Both the position numbers and the translations under genes were made by a program. Shown piece by piece: positions 38,514-51,457 of a stretch of 63,236 nucleotides of DNA. The notes beneath the pieces are model-generated. The model was not told the origin of the DNA. It did not search any database and saw only the letters and a program-made list of their open reading frames with translations. The first letter of the stretch is position 1. Every line of letters begins with the position of its first letter. The stretch is from Octopus bimaculoides (taxonomy: Eukaryota): assembly GCF_001194135.2 (NCBI RefSeq), contig NC_069003.1:13151583-13214818 (forward strand). The letters run 5' to 3'.

Positions 38514-38704
38514 TATAACAAGAAAGAAGAAACTAAACTCCATAACGAAACAAACTGGTGCAGTATACCAATAGAGGTCTGCACTCATCAAGCCCCCAAC
38601 AAAAGATAAGAACACAATATCACACACTTCAAGAAGACAGAGGTGCACAGGTGGTGCAGCAGAAACTCAGATGAAGCTCCCAAAAGAAAACATTTTGCAA
38701 TAAC

Positions 38705-39100
38705 AATAGTGGTTTCAAATTTTGGCACAAGGCCAGCAAGTTTGGGGGAGGAGACTCAGTCAATAACATCGACCTCAGTATCCAGCTGGTACTTATTTCA
38801 TCAACCACAAAAGGGATGAAAGTCAACCCTGGCGGAATTTGAATTCAGATCATAAAGACACACAAAATACTGCTAACGATTCTGCTAGGTCACTACCTTA
38901 CTTTACTGGTTTCAAATTTGGCACAGTCTCAGGGTAGGGGGTATGTCAATTATATCGACCCCAGTGCTTAGCTGGTACTTATTTTATCAACCATGAAAAG
39001 ATGAAAGGCAAAGTCGACCTGGGCAGAATTTGAACTCAGAACATAATGCTACTAAGAATTTTGCCCAGTGTGCTAATGATTCTGCCAGCTCACCACCTTA
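38705..39100 (-). mobile_element. Two tandem Meta-like SINEs just 3' of the CCDC152-like stop
   Basis: Two copies of the CTGGTACTTATTT...GATGAAAG core. Confidence 0.7.
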
Positions 39101-39244
39101 ATGTTTTTCGTTATAATAACAAAGAAGTTGATGCTGATGGTGAGGTATATTAAAAATTTCTCAAAGAAAAGCCAAGAATGCACATTTGATAGACAACCAG
39201 TAGTTATTTGATAGGAAGTGGAGATACTTAGGGTTAGAAGTTGG

Positions 39245-39418
39245 TCAACAAGATTTCTTCTTCTTGATTTTGTCAATGATGCTGTTGTTAGAGAATAACT
39301 GTAGCCGCTCTCTCAGTGGAAGAACAGGGGCTTCAGACAGTTTCCACTCAAGAGATGATACACTTTGCTCTAGTTCAGAAATTTTCTTTTCGTATTCCTC
39401 CTTCATATGGCTCAGTTT
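39245..39418 (-). CDS. CCDC152: CCDC152-like coiled-coil protein, terminal coding exon
   Basis: gaaacAG acceptor. Encodes KLSHMKEEYEKKISELEQSVSSLEWKLSEAPVLPLRERLQLFSNNSIIDKIKKKKSC*. It aligns with the human CCDC152 C-terminus as recalled (KLQHFQEEKNKEIAILRNTIRDLEQRLS); no search was run. Confidence 0.8.
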   Translation of the reverse strand, partial: KLSHMKEEYEKKISELEQSVSSLEWKLSEAPVLPLRERLQLFSNNSIIDKIKKKKSC

Positions 39419-40555
39419 CTGTTTCAAAGACAAGATATACATACAGATATGTATATGCATGCACAAGCATGCATGCACACATACACACACACAATATTGT
39501 GTCCTGACCACTAGTACTGAGTCCACATTTAAACAGCTGATTTCCTGGTCTCACAACCAGCAACATTACAAGGGTATGCTGAAAAGTTCTTGGCTTTGGG
39601 GAAAAGAAAATACAGGAGGAACAGTTAATTAGGATTTTATTCAATGATTCACCAGTTGACAGTATGCAACTCTTCCTCACTTTGAACAAAGTCACTGCAC
39701 AAGTCATCAGTCATCCTTAAGGATGGCTTGATGGTCCTCATCAGTCTGAAAGACAAACAGACCCTGTCTGTCACCACCAGTGTAACTCTCTCTCTCTCTC
39801 TCTCTCTCTTCCAGCACACTCTTATTCTTTTTCAGTCAAACATCCTGAACCCCTGTCATCTCTCTATCATCACTCTATCCCCTAGGTTACATAGTATTTT
39901 TTTCTCCTCCTTGCCACTGAAGTCATATTGCCTTGAAAAGTCGTACCCATCTTGGAATACTGAAATAGTGCCCCTTTCACTCCTTCCACTATAACTTATA
40001 CTTAATCCCTCTCAACACTATCACTCATGCCTTTATTATTCATCCTTCTCACTCTGTAAAGAGAGAAATGAGTAATCTGAGACATGGGGTTGTGAAGTCT
40101 CTTCCATTGCAATAAGGACATGGCCACCCCACTAGTGCTGGTGGCATGCAAAAACCAAACACCTAGTACATTCTGTAAAGTGGTTGGTGTTAGGAAGGAC
40201 AACCAGCCATAAGCAAGATGAGCTTCCACTGCCCTGTCTAAGTCCAACCCATGCCAACATAGACAGGGGATGTAAAATGACAAGGATGATGTTGATAATG
40301 GTGATGATGATTATCATCATTCTCTCTCCCCCTCCTTCTCTCTCTACATGCATACAATCAAGACTTCAGCTTCACTCATCACTTAACACATGGTAGGATA
40401 CTGAACACTATTCTGTTCAATGAATGGATAAGTTAGAATCCTCTGTAGGCTGTTGAGGAGTTAAGGAAATGCCTGAGATTTATAATGTAGCGTAACCAAT
40501 AGCAACAGCTAAACTTAGAACAATAGTGTAACTATTGACACTGTAAATGACTTAC

Positions 40556-40642
40556 CTTCCTGAAGATTTCTTGGTCACATGACTGTTTCGATAAAGCTGA
40601 CTGGTTCTTTTGCCTTTGCAGGAGTTTCATCTTTGTCTCAAA
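40556..40642 (-). CDS. CCDC152: CCDC152-like exon (87 bp)
   Basis: tttcAG acceptor and AAG|GTAAGT donor. Encodes FETKMKLLQRQKNQSALSKQSCDQEIFRK, compared with recalled human FDAKLARVQ...PQSIYRR. Phase 0/0. Confidence 0.85.
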
Positions 40643-41043
40643 CTGAAATTTTTAAAACAGATGTAAAACCATTTAAGAATCTGGGTTAATGTCAATGGGT
40701 AAGAAACTTCTGGAAAACTCTCAGAAGAATTGCATTTTATATTTTTCTCCTCCATTTGCTTTCTGTTTTCCTTGCCTTTCTTTCCCATATGCTCACTCCA
40801 TATTGTTTACCCTCACTGATATACACTATAGCTGCAAGCATGGCTGTGTGGTAAGAAGTTTGCTTCATGGTTCCAGGTTCAGTTCCACTGCATGGCACCA
40901 CGTTGGGTAAATGCCTTCTACAACTACCACAAACCAATCAAAGCCTTTTAAGTGGATGTGGTAGACAAAAACTAAATGAAGCCTCCATAGTGTGTGTGTG
41001 TGAGTGTGTGTGTGTGTGTGCGTGTGTGTGTGTGTGTGTGTGC

Positions 41044-41074
<31 letters not shown>

Positions 41075-41679
41075 TGTGTGTAGCTGTGTGTGTATCTGTG
41101 TTTGTGTTTGTCCCCACTACTGTCTGATAACTGGTGCTGGTTCGTTTATGTCCCCATAACTTAGTGCGTCTCAGCAAAAGAGACCAAAAAAAATCATGAA
41201 GTTAATTTGTTCAACTAAATCCTTCAAGGCAATGTTCCAGCATGGCCACAGTCCAATGACTGAATCAAAGAAAAGATGGAAAATAAAACCACCACATGTT
41301 TCCAATCACCACTACTACCTTACATCATGTCAAATACACTCACTCCATTCACTACATTCACTGCAGAGTATCACTGACATACACTATACTTCATTAGCTT
41401 ACAGCTGCTGCTGCTGCTAAAAGATGCAGTGGACTTGTAGCTGAGTGCCTGAATAACATCCTTTAGCAGAAACAGCTGTAAGCTAATGAACTTCATAACA
41501 TAACCTTTGTTCTTCCTGTGTCATCTCTTTTTCTTACTACTGCTCTACACGCATCTAACACTTTGTTCTGAAACATACATATATTGAGTCCTCCTCCAGG
41601 TTATTAGTCTTGCAATGCCTAAGTGAAATATGTGTGTGTGTGTGTGTGTGTGTACACACATACTCACATACATACAAGC

Positions 41680-42060
41680 ACAGGAGTGGCTGTGTGGTAA
41701 GAAGCTTGCTTCTCAACCACATGGTTCCGGGTTCAGTCCCACTACGTGGCACTTTGGGCAAGTGTCTTTTACTATAGCTTCAGGCCGACCAAAGCCTTGT
41801 GAGTGGATTTGGTAGATGGAAACTGAAAGAAACCTATCGTACATACATATGTGTGTTTGTGTTCGTCCCCCATCACCACTTGACAACCAGTGTTGGTGTG
41901 TTTATGGATCCTGTAACTTAGCATTTCGGCAATAGAGACCGATAGAATAAGTACCAAACTTAAAAAATAAGTACTGGGGTCGATTCATCTGACTAAAAAT
42001 TCAAGGCAGTGCCCCAGCATGGCCACAGTCTAATAACTGAAACAGGTAAAAGGTAAAAGA
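41680..42060 (+). mobile_element. CORE-type SINE, full length
   Basis: Matches the family from the tRNA-like head to ACTGAAACAGGTAAAAG. Confidence 0.85.
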
Positions 42061-42095
42061 TACATATATATACACACACACATACCCTTACATAA

Positions 42096-42126
<31 letters not shown>

Positions 42127-42203
42127 TTCTAACCTTTCAATGACAGTTTCAAGTGACAACCATAAGCATCCATGAAAGACAGAAGATGCAGCTGATAAGT
42201 TAC

Positions 42204-42331
42204 CTCCATCTTGAGACAAACTATCTCATTCTGTTTCTTTTCTTCCTGGTTTTTCAAAGTTCCCTGCAATTGCTTGTTCTTATCTCTCTCTTCCTCTAGC
42301 TGCTGTTTCAGCTCATTGACCATTTCGTCTC
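42204..42331 (-). CDS. CCDC152: CCDC152-like exon (128 bp)
   Basis: ttctAG acceptor and GAG|GTAACT donor. Encodes (R)DEMVNELKQQLEEERDKNKQLQGTLKNQEEKKQNEIVCLKME, compared with recalled human LRSQEKEKQNEIIKLQLE. Phase 1 in, phase 0 out. Confidence 0.85.
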
Positions 42332-43177
42332 CTAGAATGAGGCCATGCATAGCGTGTGAGTGACCAAAATATAAATCAGTTGTCACCTTCATCCTCCACC
42401 TTACCATCATCATCAGTTAACGTTCATTTTCCCCTGCTGGTATGGGTTGGACAGTTTGACAGGTGCTGACAAGCCAGAGGACCATGCCAAGCTCCAATGT
42501 CTACTTTTTTACACGGTCTCTAAAGTTGAATGCCTTTCTTAATGCCAACCAATTTACAGACATTATTGGGGGCTTTTATACCTGGTACCGGCACCAGTGA
42601 GGTCACCAAGTAACTCACAAGACAAGAAAACCCCTTGAGTGCAAAGGAGGTGTGCTGTTGAGAGAAGTGGCTTTATACCTGGTAATGAAAGGTTAAAGTA
42701 TGATAGAGGGACAGAAACAGGTGTCATGCTGTCGTGGAGGTACATAATCACCCCAGTCGGAAAAGAGACGAAAGGAGGAAGAGAAGAGAGAAAAGATGAT
42801 GATGAAAACGTGTCAGAGCAGAACCAAAACATAAATCAGGAAAGAAAAGAAAATCAAAACCATTCACCACCATTGTCGTAAGCATTACTTATTTATTCAT
42901 CTATTTATTTATTTACTTATTTATTTATCTATTCATTTGTTTATTTATTGCAGACATTGGAGCTCAGCACAGTCCTGTGGCTCATCAGTTACTGTCAAAC
43001 TGCACAGCCCATGCCAGCATTGAAAAGGGGCCTTGACCCTTTTGAGACACACAGCATTTTGGTATCTATAGCCAAAAAGACCAAAACATTTTTTTCTGTC
43101 AAGATTGAAACTGATGGATGCATGTAGAAAACAAAAGATAAAGTGCCTCAAACTACTTTATTAGTATGTAAAACTAT

Positions 43178-43586
43178 AGGAGTGGCTGTGTGGTAAGTAG
43201 CTTGCTTACGAACCACATGGTTCTGGGTTCAGTCCCACTGCGTGGCACCTTGGGCAAGTGTCTTCTACTATAGTCTCGGGCCAACCAAAGCCTTGTGAGT
43301 GGATTTGGCAGACTAAAACTGAAAGAAGCCCGTCGTATATATGTATATATATGTATGTGTGTGTATATGTTTGTGTGTCTGTGTTTGTTCCCCCAACATC
43401 CCTTGACAACCGATGCTGGTGTGTTTATGTCCCCATAACTTAGCAGTTCGGCAAAAGAGACCGATAGAATAAGTACTAGGCTTGCAAAGAATAAGTCCTG
43501 GGGTCGATTTGCTCGACTAAAGGCGGTGCTCCAGCATGGCCGCAGTCAAATGACTGAAACAAATAAAAGAGTTAAAGAGTAAAAGA
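43178..43586 (+). mobile_element. CORE-type SINE, one of the best-preserved copies
   Basis: Retains many CpGs and all family segments. Confidence 0.9.
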
Positions 43587-44599
43587 CGACCCCTGATTAC
43601 ACTTTAAAACATTTATTTCATTGAGCCTCAAAGTCTTTTCAGCTTGTATCACTTGGGCTGATCAATCAGCTCAGTTGTCCCAAGAAGGTTAACCCTTTAA
43701 CAGTTAAACCAGCCATAGCCAACCCAAATATTCCTCTTGTTTTATGTTCAAACCAGCCATATCTGTCTTCTCGCACCTACCCATTCTAAAAATAAACGAT
43801 CACATCATCAAAATCTCAAAGCTACAGATTTTTCTGTCAACTGTAACACTTATTCTTTCATATTGTTTTTAAATTAATAATTGCATTATCTCTTAGCTTT
43901 GAGACTTTGATGATGTGATCGTTTATTTTTAGAATGACATTGTAGGGTAGGTGTGAGAAGATAATGCAATTATTAATTTAAAAACAATATGAAAGAATAA
44001 GTGTTACAGTTGATAAAGGGTTAAATGACACCGCTGACACCAACAACATTGATTATGCTGACAATGATGATGATGATGTCATTTAGTCAAGAGAAAAAGT
44101 AGTATCCAGGACCCTTTACTGAGCCTCCAAGAGTGGATGGGTGAGAGTGAGGGAATAAAAGTATCTTGAAATTAGAGAATGCTTGTAACAGAGGGGACTA
44201 CGCTAAGGGCATATCAAGGACCAGGAGGTGAACATAAGACCAGCCAAGAGATTTAATCAATTGCCCAGGTGAGCTACAGCAGGATTTGAACTCTGAATGC
44301 GAAGAGTAGGCAAAAATTTCCCCACTAGGCACCCTGATCAATACCCTAATGATTCTATGATAAATAAAGGACCAGAGGAATCAACTAATGTAATATGTCT
44401 TTCCCTTTTTTGAAATGACAGAAAGTAATTTGAGAGAGATTTGGCTACTATTTCTAGCAGGAGATAGCCACCATCCTTACAGCTACCATCCTTACAGCTA
44501 CCATCCTTAGAGCCACCATCCATGTGTCCATCCCACCTCCACTCAGTAAAATGTTATTTATTTTGCAGACCAGTGTCTGCTTGGGTGGTAGCAGACACC

Positions 44600-44965
44600 C
44601 CTCTTACTTCCACATTCATTAACAGCAGAAATATGATGACGGGTGGGGTGGGGAAGGGTAGTGGTGATGATGGTGACAACAATAACAATTGCTACAATAA
44701 TGATGATGACACAAGAATGACAGCATGACAACAATGATGATGGTGATAGTGGTGGGGGTGGATGGTGTAATGTGGTGATGGTGATGACAGCTATGAGGGT
44801 GACATGCCAACAGTGGTGGTGGTGGTAGCGGCGGCAGTGGCGGTGGCGGCAGTGGCAGCGGCAGTGGCGGCGGCAGTGGCAGCGGCAGTAGCGGCGGCGA
44901 CTACGACAATGATGACGATGATGGTGCGGCAGTGGTGGGGGAGGAGGAGGAGGAGGAGGAGGAAG
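44600..44965. repeat. GGT/GAT/GGC/GGA trinucleotide low-complexity tract
   Basis: Consecutive (GGT), (GCGGCA), (GAT) and (GGA) runs. Confidence 0.85.
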
Positions 44966-45519
44966 TGGAAGAAGAGGAGGATAAAAATAGAATTTTCCCA
45001 GGATAAATTAACCTATTGTCTATTTTTGAAATCCATTAAAACAAAAGACAGGTATTAATAGCTGAATATAAAAGTAAATCCTGTTTTTTTTTCTCTTAGA
45101 CACCACCACCAACACAACCACTACCATCACCTTCAGATCACCCATTGTCTTACACTCACAAATACATATACACACTCTCACACTCACATACCTACATTCA
45201 CACATTCAGTAGCACACACACACACAAATACACACACACCATATACACTCTCACTCCTCTCCAACAATACGAACTACCTACCTACATATATATATATACA
45301 TACTTACTCTTAAATGCAAACACATACACACAGTATACTTAGAACTGTGAGAAAATATGTCAGTCACAATGGCTATTTATATATTTATTCACCCATTAAA
45401 TATATTTTAGCATTCCTGTGAGAGCTAGAAGGAGGAGGTCTGATTTCCTATCAATCTGAGAAGGGACAGAGCCCACAGAGTGTCAGATAATTAGGTCAGG
45501 TTAGTTGAGTTACTTAATG

Positions 45520-45800
45520 TTTGCAAATTTACTATAAGCATTGAATCAACCCTTCTCCATGGCTCTTCAGCATGGACACTGGACAAGAAACTTGAAAAGA
45601 AGTTTGATGGTACACACACACTCACACAGAGACACCTCGAAAGTAAACTGGCACCATCATTCTCTTTCATGGACATTTGCTGGTCAAAGAAGAGGTTTCC
45701 TTCTAGCTCCTCTACTATAATGGCCAAGTTGATGGAGTTAAATCACAGAAGTACTCCGACTCATTTGGAGCTGATCAGCAACATAAGCTGCCTTACAGCA
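45520..45800 (+). mobile_element. RTE-LINE RT C-terminal relic
   Basis: IESTLLHGSSAWTLDKKLEKKFDGT...F(H)GH...KEEV matches the RTE LLYGSEAW...GHC pattern. Confidence 0.7.
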
Positions 45801-46379
45801 GGGATCATATTCAACAATCCACCTGACAGTATGTCAGAGGGTCTGAGTCAACCTGAGCAGGATGCTATTGATTTCTTTCCTTCACTGTTGACTGTAGCAA
45901 CAAGGTTTTGTGCCATCTTATGCTGGCTAAGTCCACCCTCAGATTGATCCACTATATGCCCTGCTTGAAAACCAGAAATCCCTTCTGTTTCTAGTGTTCA
46001 TAGCAAGGCTAGTTGCAATAAGCAATTAATATTCTGTAATCGGCGACAGCGGCGGTGGCGGCGGCAGTGGCAGCAGCGGTAGTGGCGGCAGTGATGGTTG
46101 CCACATGAATTTATACAAATTCTGAAACAAGCTGGGAGGCTCTCTTCTTTGAGGCTTATTGATCTGCTAGAAATAGTAGTCAAATATTCTCCCAATGACA
46201 CCATACTGTCTGGGAAAAAATGGAACGTTGCATATCATAAATGTTGGATAGATTATGTGACAATTAAATAAATAAATAAGTTGCATATGATCACAGCTGG
46301 AATGTCTTTGTTTGGAAGGTCTGCTGAATAAAAGCTGATCAGGGAACAACAACAACAGCAATAGCAACAAGCACTAACC

Positions 46380-46730
46380 ACATGACAAAAAGGCAGACTA
46401 GCCAGCAAGCTGACACAGTCACTGCTACCACAGCCACCATTAAGTCCACCATGACCACCACTAACTCCACCACTGCAAGCCCCACCACCAGTAATACCAC
46501 TACCACCACCATCACCACTACCTCCAGCACTACCACCACTACCCCAACACCATTAACACCAACACCAACACCGCTATCACTACCACCACCATCACAATCA
46601 CCACCACCAGCTCTACATCCAATACCACCATCACTACCACTATCACCACCATCACCACCTCCACCACCAGCATTACCTTCAGCACTGCCACCACCACCAT
46701 CACAACCTCCACCATCAACACCATAATTAC
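46380..46730. repeat. (ACC)/(ATC) trinucleotide tract
   Basis: Degenerate CACCAC repeats. The ORFs are poly-T/P or poly-V. Confidence 0.85.
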
Positions 46731-47198
46731 ACTACAATAATTCACAGCTGTCTGACCTGAAAATGTAAATCTGTAAGCACATAATAAAAAAAAAAGTTGA
46801 CAGTAACAACAATAACAACATTAGTGTGTGAGAGTATCTCAACACATTATCATTGAAACTATGCAATGTAGTGGTGAAAACTCCCTACATTTTAGAATAA
46901 ACTATACATGACAATAACAACAGACAGAAGAACACAAACCAATTGATTCTTTAATTGCTTAGAGAGAGAGAGAGAGAACATCTTGGCCTGCTAGAAACAG
47001 AAGTCAGAGCTTAGTCGAATTATATTGTATTGTGTAGGGTGCAGGCATGGCTGTGTGGTAAAAAGTTAGCTTTCCAACCATATGGTTCTGGGTTCAGTCC
47101 CATTGCTTGGCACCTTGGGCAAGTGGCTTCTACTACAGCCTTGGGTCAGTCAAAGTCTTCCAAGTAGATTTAGTAAATGGAAACTGAAAGAAGCCTGT

Positions 47199-47240
<42 letters not shown>

Positions 47241-47478
47241 TGTTTGTGTCTTTGTGTTTATCCTCCACCATCACTTGACAACAGGTGTTGGTTTGTTTAT
47301 ATCCCTATAACTTAAGTACTTCGACGAAAAAAAATGATTGAATAAATACCAGGCTCAAAAATAAGTACTGGGGTCAATTCCCTCAACAAAACTTCTCCAA
47401 GGTAGTGCTCCAACATAGCCACAGTCTAATGACTGAAACAAGCAAAAGAATAAAAAAATATTGTTTGGTCACATTATA

Positions 47479-47682
47479 CAGGGTGTCCACAAGGTCTGGG
47501 TACGTGGAGTAAATAAAATCATAACATAAGCAATTAAATATAAGAAATAATAATTTCTTAAAGTATGTGTTAATCCCCAGGTGGGTACATGGAGTAAATA
47601 AAACCATGACATAAACAATTAAATATAAGAAATAATAATAATGTTGTTAATCCCCATGTACCCAGACTTTGTGGACACCCTG
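47479..47682. mobile_element. Tc1/mariner-type MITE with internal tandem duplication
   Basis: TA|CAGGGTGTCCACAAGGTCTGGGTAC...GTACCCAGACTTTGTGGACACCCTG|TA. An internal segment of about 85 bp is duplicated. Confidence 0.85.
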
Positions 47683-48429
47683 TATACTTGATTATTATTG
47701 ATATTCAATAGAGGTCATTATGGTCATAACAGTAATGCATCTGATCATAAGTTCTGCTTGATCAGAGCTAACTTGGGTCTAAACATTAACATAGTGACTT
47801 GGACTGGACCCTAAAGTCTTGTGTTTCAGGCATTTTAAACTTAGTGGAGCCTAGTACAGAGAAATGTGATAGGGTGATGCCATAGTAGGATGATGAGGGA
47901 GGGTGGTATGCTAAGAGAAGTAAAGCTGAATTAGGAGGAAAGAATGAACAGGTAGAAGGAGGAGGTGATACTTTAGCAGTTTATTGATGGGGAAACCAAA
48001 GGCTAAGGGTGAAAGATGGTAGAATGGAGCAATGAAGGGAAAACCTGTGAAGAACTGACAAAATGAAAAATGAAGAATGAAAATTGAAAAAAATGTAAAG
48101 AGAAAAATATTTAAATACTATCTTAAAGAAAAAATTAAAAAATGAGAAAATGAAAGTGAAAAGATGAGAAACTGAGGTATTAGTATAAATATATTTATAT
48201 GAACAATGAACAGTGAGGAGGTCTTTAGAAATCCTCATTTGAGAAAACCCAAAAAGTTGTTTTTTTTATTCTCAAATTTTCGAAGTTCAAAGGTACAGAA
48301 GTTTCAAAAGTTCAGAAAGTTTAAAAATTTAAAAGGTCAAGCAGTTTTTGACAGATAAACAGACAAACAGACAGACAGATAGATGGATAGATAGAGAGAT
48401 AGAGATAGATGGATAGACAGACAGAAATA

Positions 48430-48460
<31 letters not shown>

Positions 48461-48614
48461 GCAGGCAGACAGACAGACAGACAGGCAGACAGACAGACAG
48501 ACAGACAGGCAGGCAGCAGACAGACAGGCAGGCAGCAGACAGACAGACAGATAGCTAGCAGAGACCTACTGTTGGCATGTGGTCTGCGTGTTGCCTTGTT
48601 GCTAGTTCTAGGGT

Positions 48615-48665
48615 TAGTGGGTTAAATGAGCACTTTTGGATCTATAATTTTTCATCAGACTTTAT
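48615..48665 (-). ncRNA. Decayed minimal hammerhead (sense pLTR copy)
   Basis: Minus strand reads taaagt CTGATGA aaaattatagatcc AAAA gtgctc attta. G12 is mutated to A. Confidence 0.5.
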
Positions 48666-49183
48666 ACTTTATATGGTTATTACTGCTGGCATTGGTTAGA
48701 GGTTCCATTGGTTAGAGGTTTTGGAGGCAGTAAATGAATTTCCAACCATCAAGTTTGTTCTGGAGGTTGAGACTGGGTACCTTCTTCCTGATGAAATGTG
48801 CCTCCTTTATTCAGAGGTTGACCGCATCTGTTCCCCTGGTCAGTATCTGGGTGGAGAATTTGTTGGTGGTGTTTGAATATAGCGCTGAGTGTTGTGACCT
48901 TGTGAAGATGTTCTCTCACTCTGATATGAAGCTGTCATTTGGTCGATCCAATATAATTATCCCCACAAATACAGGTCATTTCATATATTACATTCGTTTG
49001 AAAACATAGCATGGTGCTGTCCATGGGCTGCTTGGCTTTGATGGGGCATTGGTTCAGTGTTCTGTATGTTGTTGTTGTGAGAGAGATACTGTCTGAGGGT
49101 GTGGCCTTGCCTTGTGATTCTGACAGGGAGGCCAGACTTTCTGATGACGTTCCCTAGTTGGTTTTCAACCCTTGCTCAGACTG

Positions 49184-49226
49184 TAAAGTCTGATGAAAGA
49201 TTATAGATCTGAAAGTGCTCATTTAG
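49184..49226 (+). ncRNA. Minimal hammerhead, intact core (inverted pLTR copy)
   Basis: taaagt CTGATGA a-agat-tatag-atct GAAA gtgct C attta. Stem II is AGAT/ATCT, stem III AGUGCU is self-complementary with wobble pairs, the cleavage triplet is CUC and stem I is weak. Confidence 0.65.
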
Positions 49227-49519
49227 CCCACTAACCTTAGAACTAGCAACAAGGCTACACACAGACCACATGCCAACAGTCAGTCCCCTTATATTTCTAT
49301 CTAGCTATCTGTCTACCTATCTACCTATTTACTTATCTAATGCATATCTCAAAAACCGCTAAACCTATTAACTTTTAGCTTCTGATATTTTATACTTCTG
49401 GTCTATCTATCTATCCCTCTGTCTATTTATCTATCTATCTATCTGTCTATCTATCTATCTGTCTATCTATCTATCTATCTGTCTATCTATCTATATATCC
49501 ATCTATTTCTATTTATCTC

Positions 49520-49558
<39 letters not shown>

Positions 49559-50499
49559 GTCTATCTATCAAAATTGCTAAACCTTTTGAACTTTTGAAAC
49601 TTCTGTAACTTTGAACTTTGAAAATTCAAGAAAAAAGAAAAAAATACTTTCTGAGTTTTCTCAAATGAGGATTTCCAAAGACCTCCTCATTTTTTAATTT
49701 TTTCTTTTTCTTTAAGATAGTTTTTTAATATTTTCCTCTTTTCGTTTTTCATTCTTCACATTTCAATTTCTCAATCTTTCATTTTGTCAGTTCTCCACGG
49801 TTTTCCCTTCATTGCTCTATTCTGCCATCTTTGGTTTCCCCATCAATAAACTGCTAAACCCCTCCTCCAAGTATCACCTCCTCCTTCTACCTGTTCATTC
49901 TTTCCTCCTAGCTCAGCTTTACTTTTCTTAACGTAGCACCCCCTCTCACCATCCTACTACAGCGTCACTCTGTCACATTTCTCTGTACTAGACCACAATC
50001 ATGTTACCTGAGATACACCAACATCTTTTAGTGGAGCCTGTTCCTCTCGAGACATGGCCACAACCAATTTCTTCCTGAGACAAGGGAGAGAGGGGAAGAG
50101 AGAGGGGAAGAGAGAGAGGAACTGATCCCAGGACAGGACTGGCATTTTATTTATCAATCCTGAAAGGATGAAAAGTATAGATGACTTCAGTAGGATTTGA
50201 ACTCAAACTACAGAAAGATATTATACCCAATGTGAAGACATGTGGCCTTGTGGTTAGAGTATTGAACTCATGATCACAAGATCATGGTTTCAATTCCCAG
50301 ACAGAGTGATATCTTGTTTTTTGCTCCAGTCCATTATGCTATCAATGGGTTCCAGTAATAGCAGGGAAATTATCCCTGTGATGTACTGGCATCAGGTTCA
50401 AGGGGAACATTGTGATCCTTGTCACTTATACGTCATGGACAGTGGGTAAGAGGCTCTATGTGTCCTAGGACTTGAGGAAGCACTAACTGACTTTTTTCT

Positions 50500-50665
50500 T
50501 TCTTTCTTGCCTTTAACCGTCCAACGCGGAGTATAGGCCACTTATAATTGAATTCCATGTCGCATAATTTTTCGCTTCTGTACTTATACTCTGCCATGAA
50601 TGTCCCCCTTTCTCTAGTTCCTTTTGTGTTGATCTACACCATGAGTTCTTAGGCCTACCCCTAAC
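50500..50665 (-). mobile_element. RTE-LINE 3' end
   Basis: Minus strand reads GRPKNSWCRSTQKELEKGGHSWQSISTEAKNYATWNSIISGLYS. Confidence 0.7.
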
Positions 50666-51457
50666 TGACTTACTAACTTACTTACTTACTCACTATTATA
50701 CCCAATTCTCTAATTCTGCCAATTTGCCTCCAACAAAACAGAGATGACAAAGGACCAAGACTTCTAACGGTTTACTGTGCTTGAGAAGATACATCAAGCT
50801 AAGTAAAATCATGGTTGCCCTTATATACAGGCATTGTCCCCTACATCCCTCTTTCAGCTGAGCAATCCTAATATTGCAGGTGCATGGGACCTGGTGTCAC
50901 ATAAAAAGCATCTGTGCTGGTGCCATGTAAAAGCACCCATGCTAGTGCTGCATAAAAGCACCCAGCACACTCTGTAAAGTGGTTGGCATTAGGAAGGGCA
51001 TCCAGCCATAGAAACCATGCCAAAACAGACATGGAGCCCAGGCAGCTCTTCAGCTGGCCAGCTCCTGTCAAACCATCCAACCCATGCCAGTAGGGAAAAC
51101 AGATGTTAAATGATGATGATGATGACGACGATGACAACAACGATGATGACAACAACGACAACAACAACAAACACAAAGAGTATCCTTCCTTTTTTTTAAA
51201 ACAGTAGGACATATGATATAGGCTGCTATTTCTAGGAGGTTGGGAAATTACTTAGAGATTCTTTTGGCAACAGATAATAGTATCATTGATACACTGTCTG
51301 ACGCAAAAAAAGAGGGTATGGTCTTGATTGGAATTTTTGTGATTGTTGGTCAACTTGAAGTGTCACTTGGTGATAAATGCCAGAACTACAACAAACAAAA
51401 ACAACTATAGCAACAACAACAACAACAACAACAACAGTATCAATGAAGATACTTAAC

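Larger units (their letters stand above)
47853..50027 (-). mobile_element. Fold-back Penelope-like element: inverted pLTR arms of ~810 bp around a GIY-YIG remnant, 12-bp TSD
   Basis: Arms 47853-48665 and 49184-49989 are reverse complementary. The loop encodes (minus) NVIYEMTCICGDNYIGSTK*QLHIRVREH...KEAHFI. TSD TTAGTGGAGCCT lies at 47841-47852 and 50028-50039. Confidence 0.9.

Noticed and set aside
45491-46204. Minus-strand ORFs as extra CCDC152-like exons
   Set aside because: 45491-45727 is antisense to an RTE relic and 45998-46204 overlaps a repeat tail and a GGC tract. The gene joins in frame without them.
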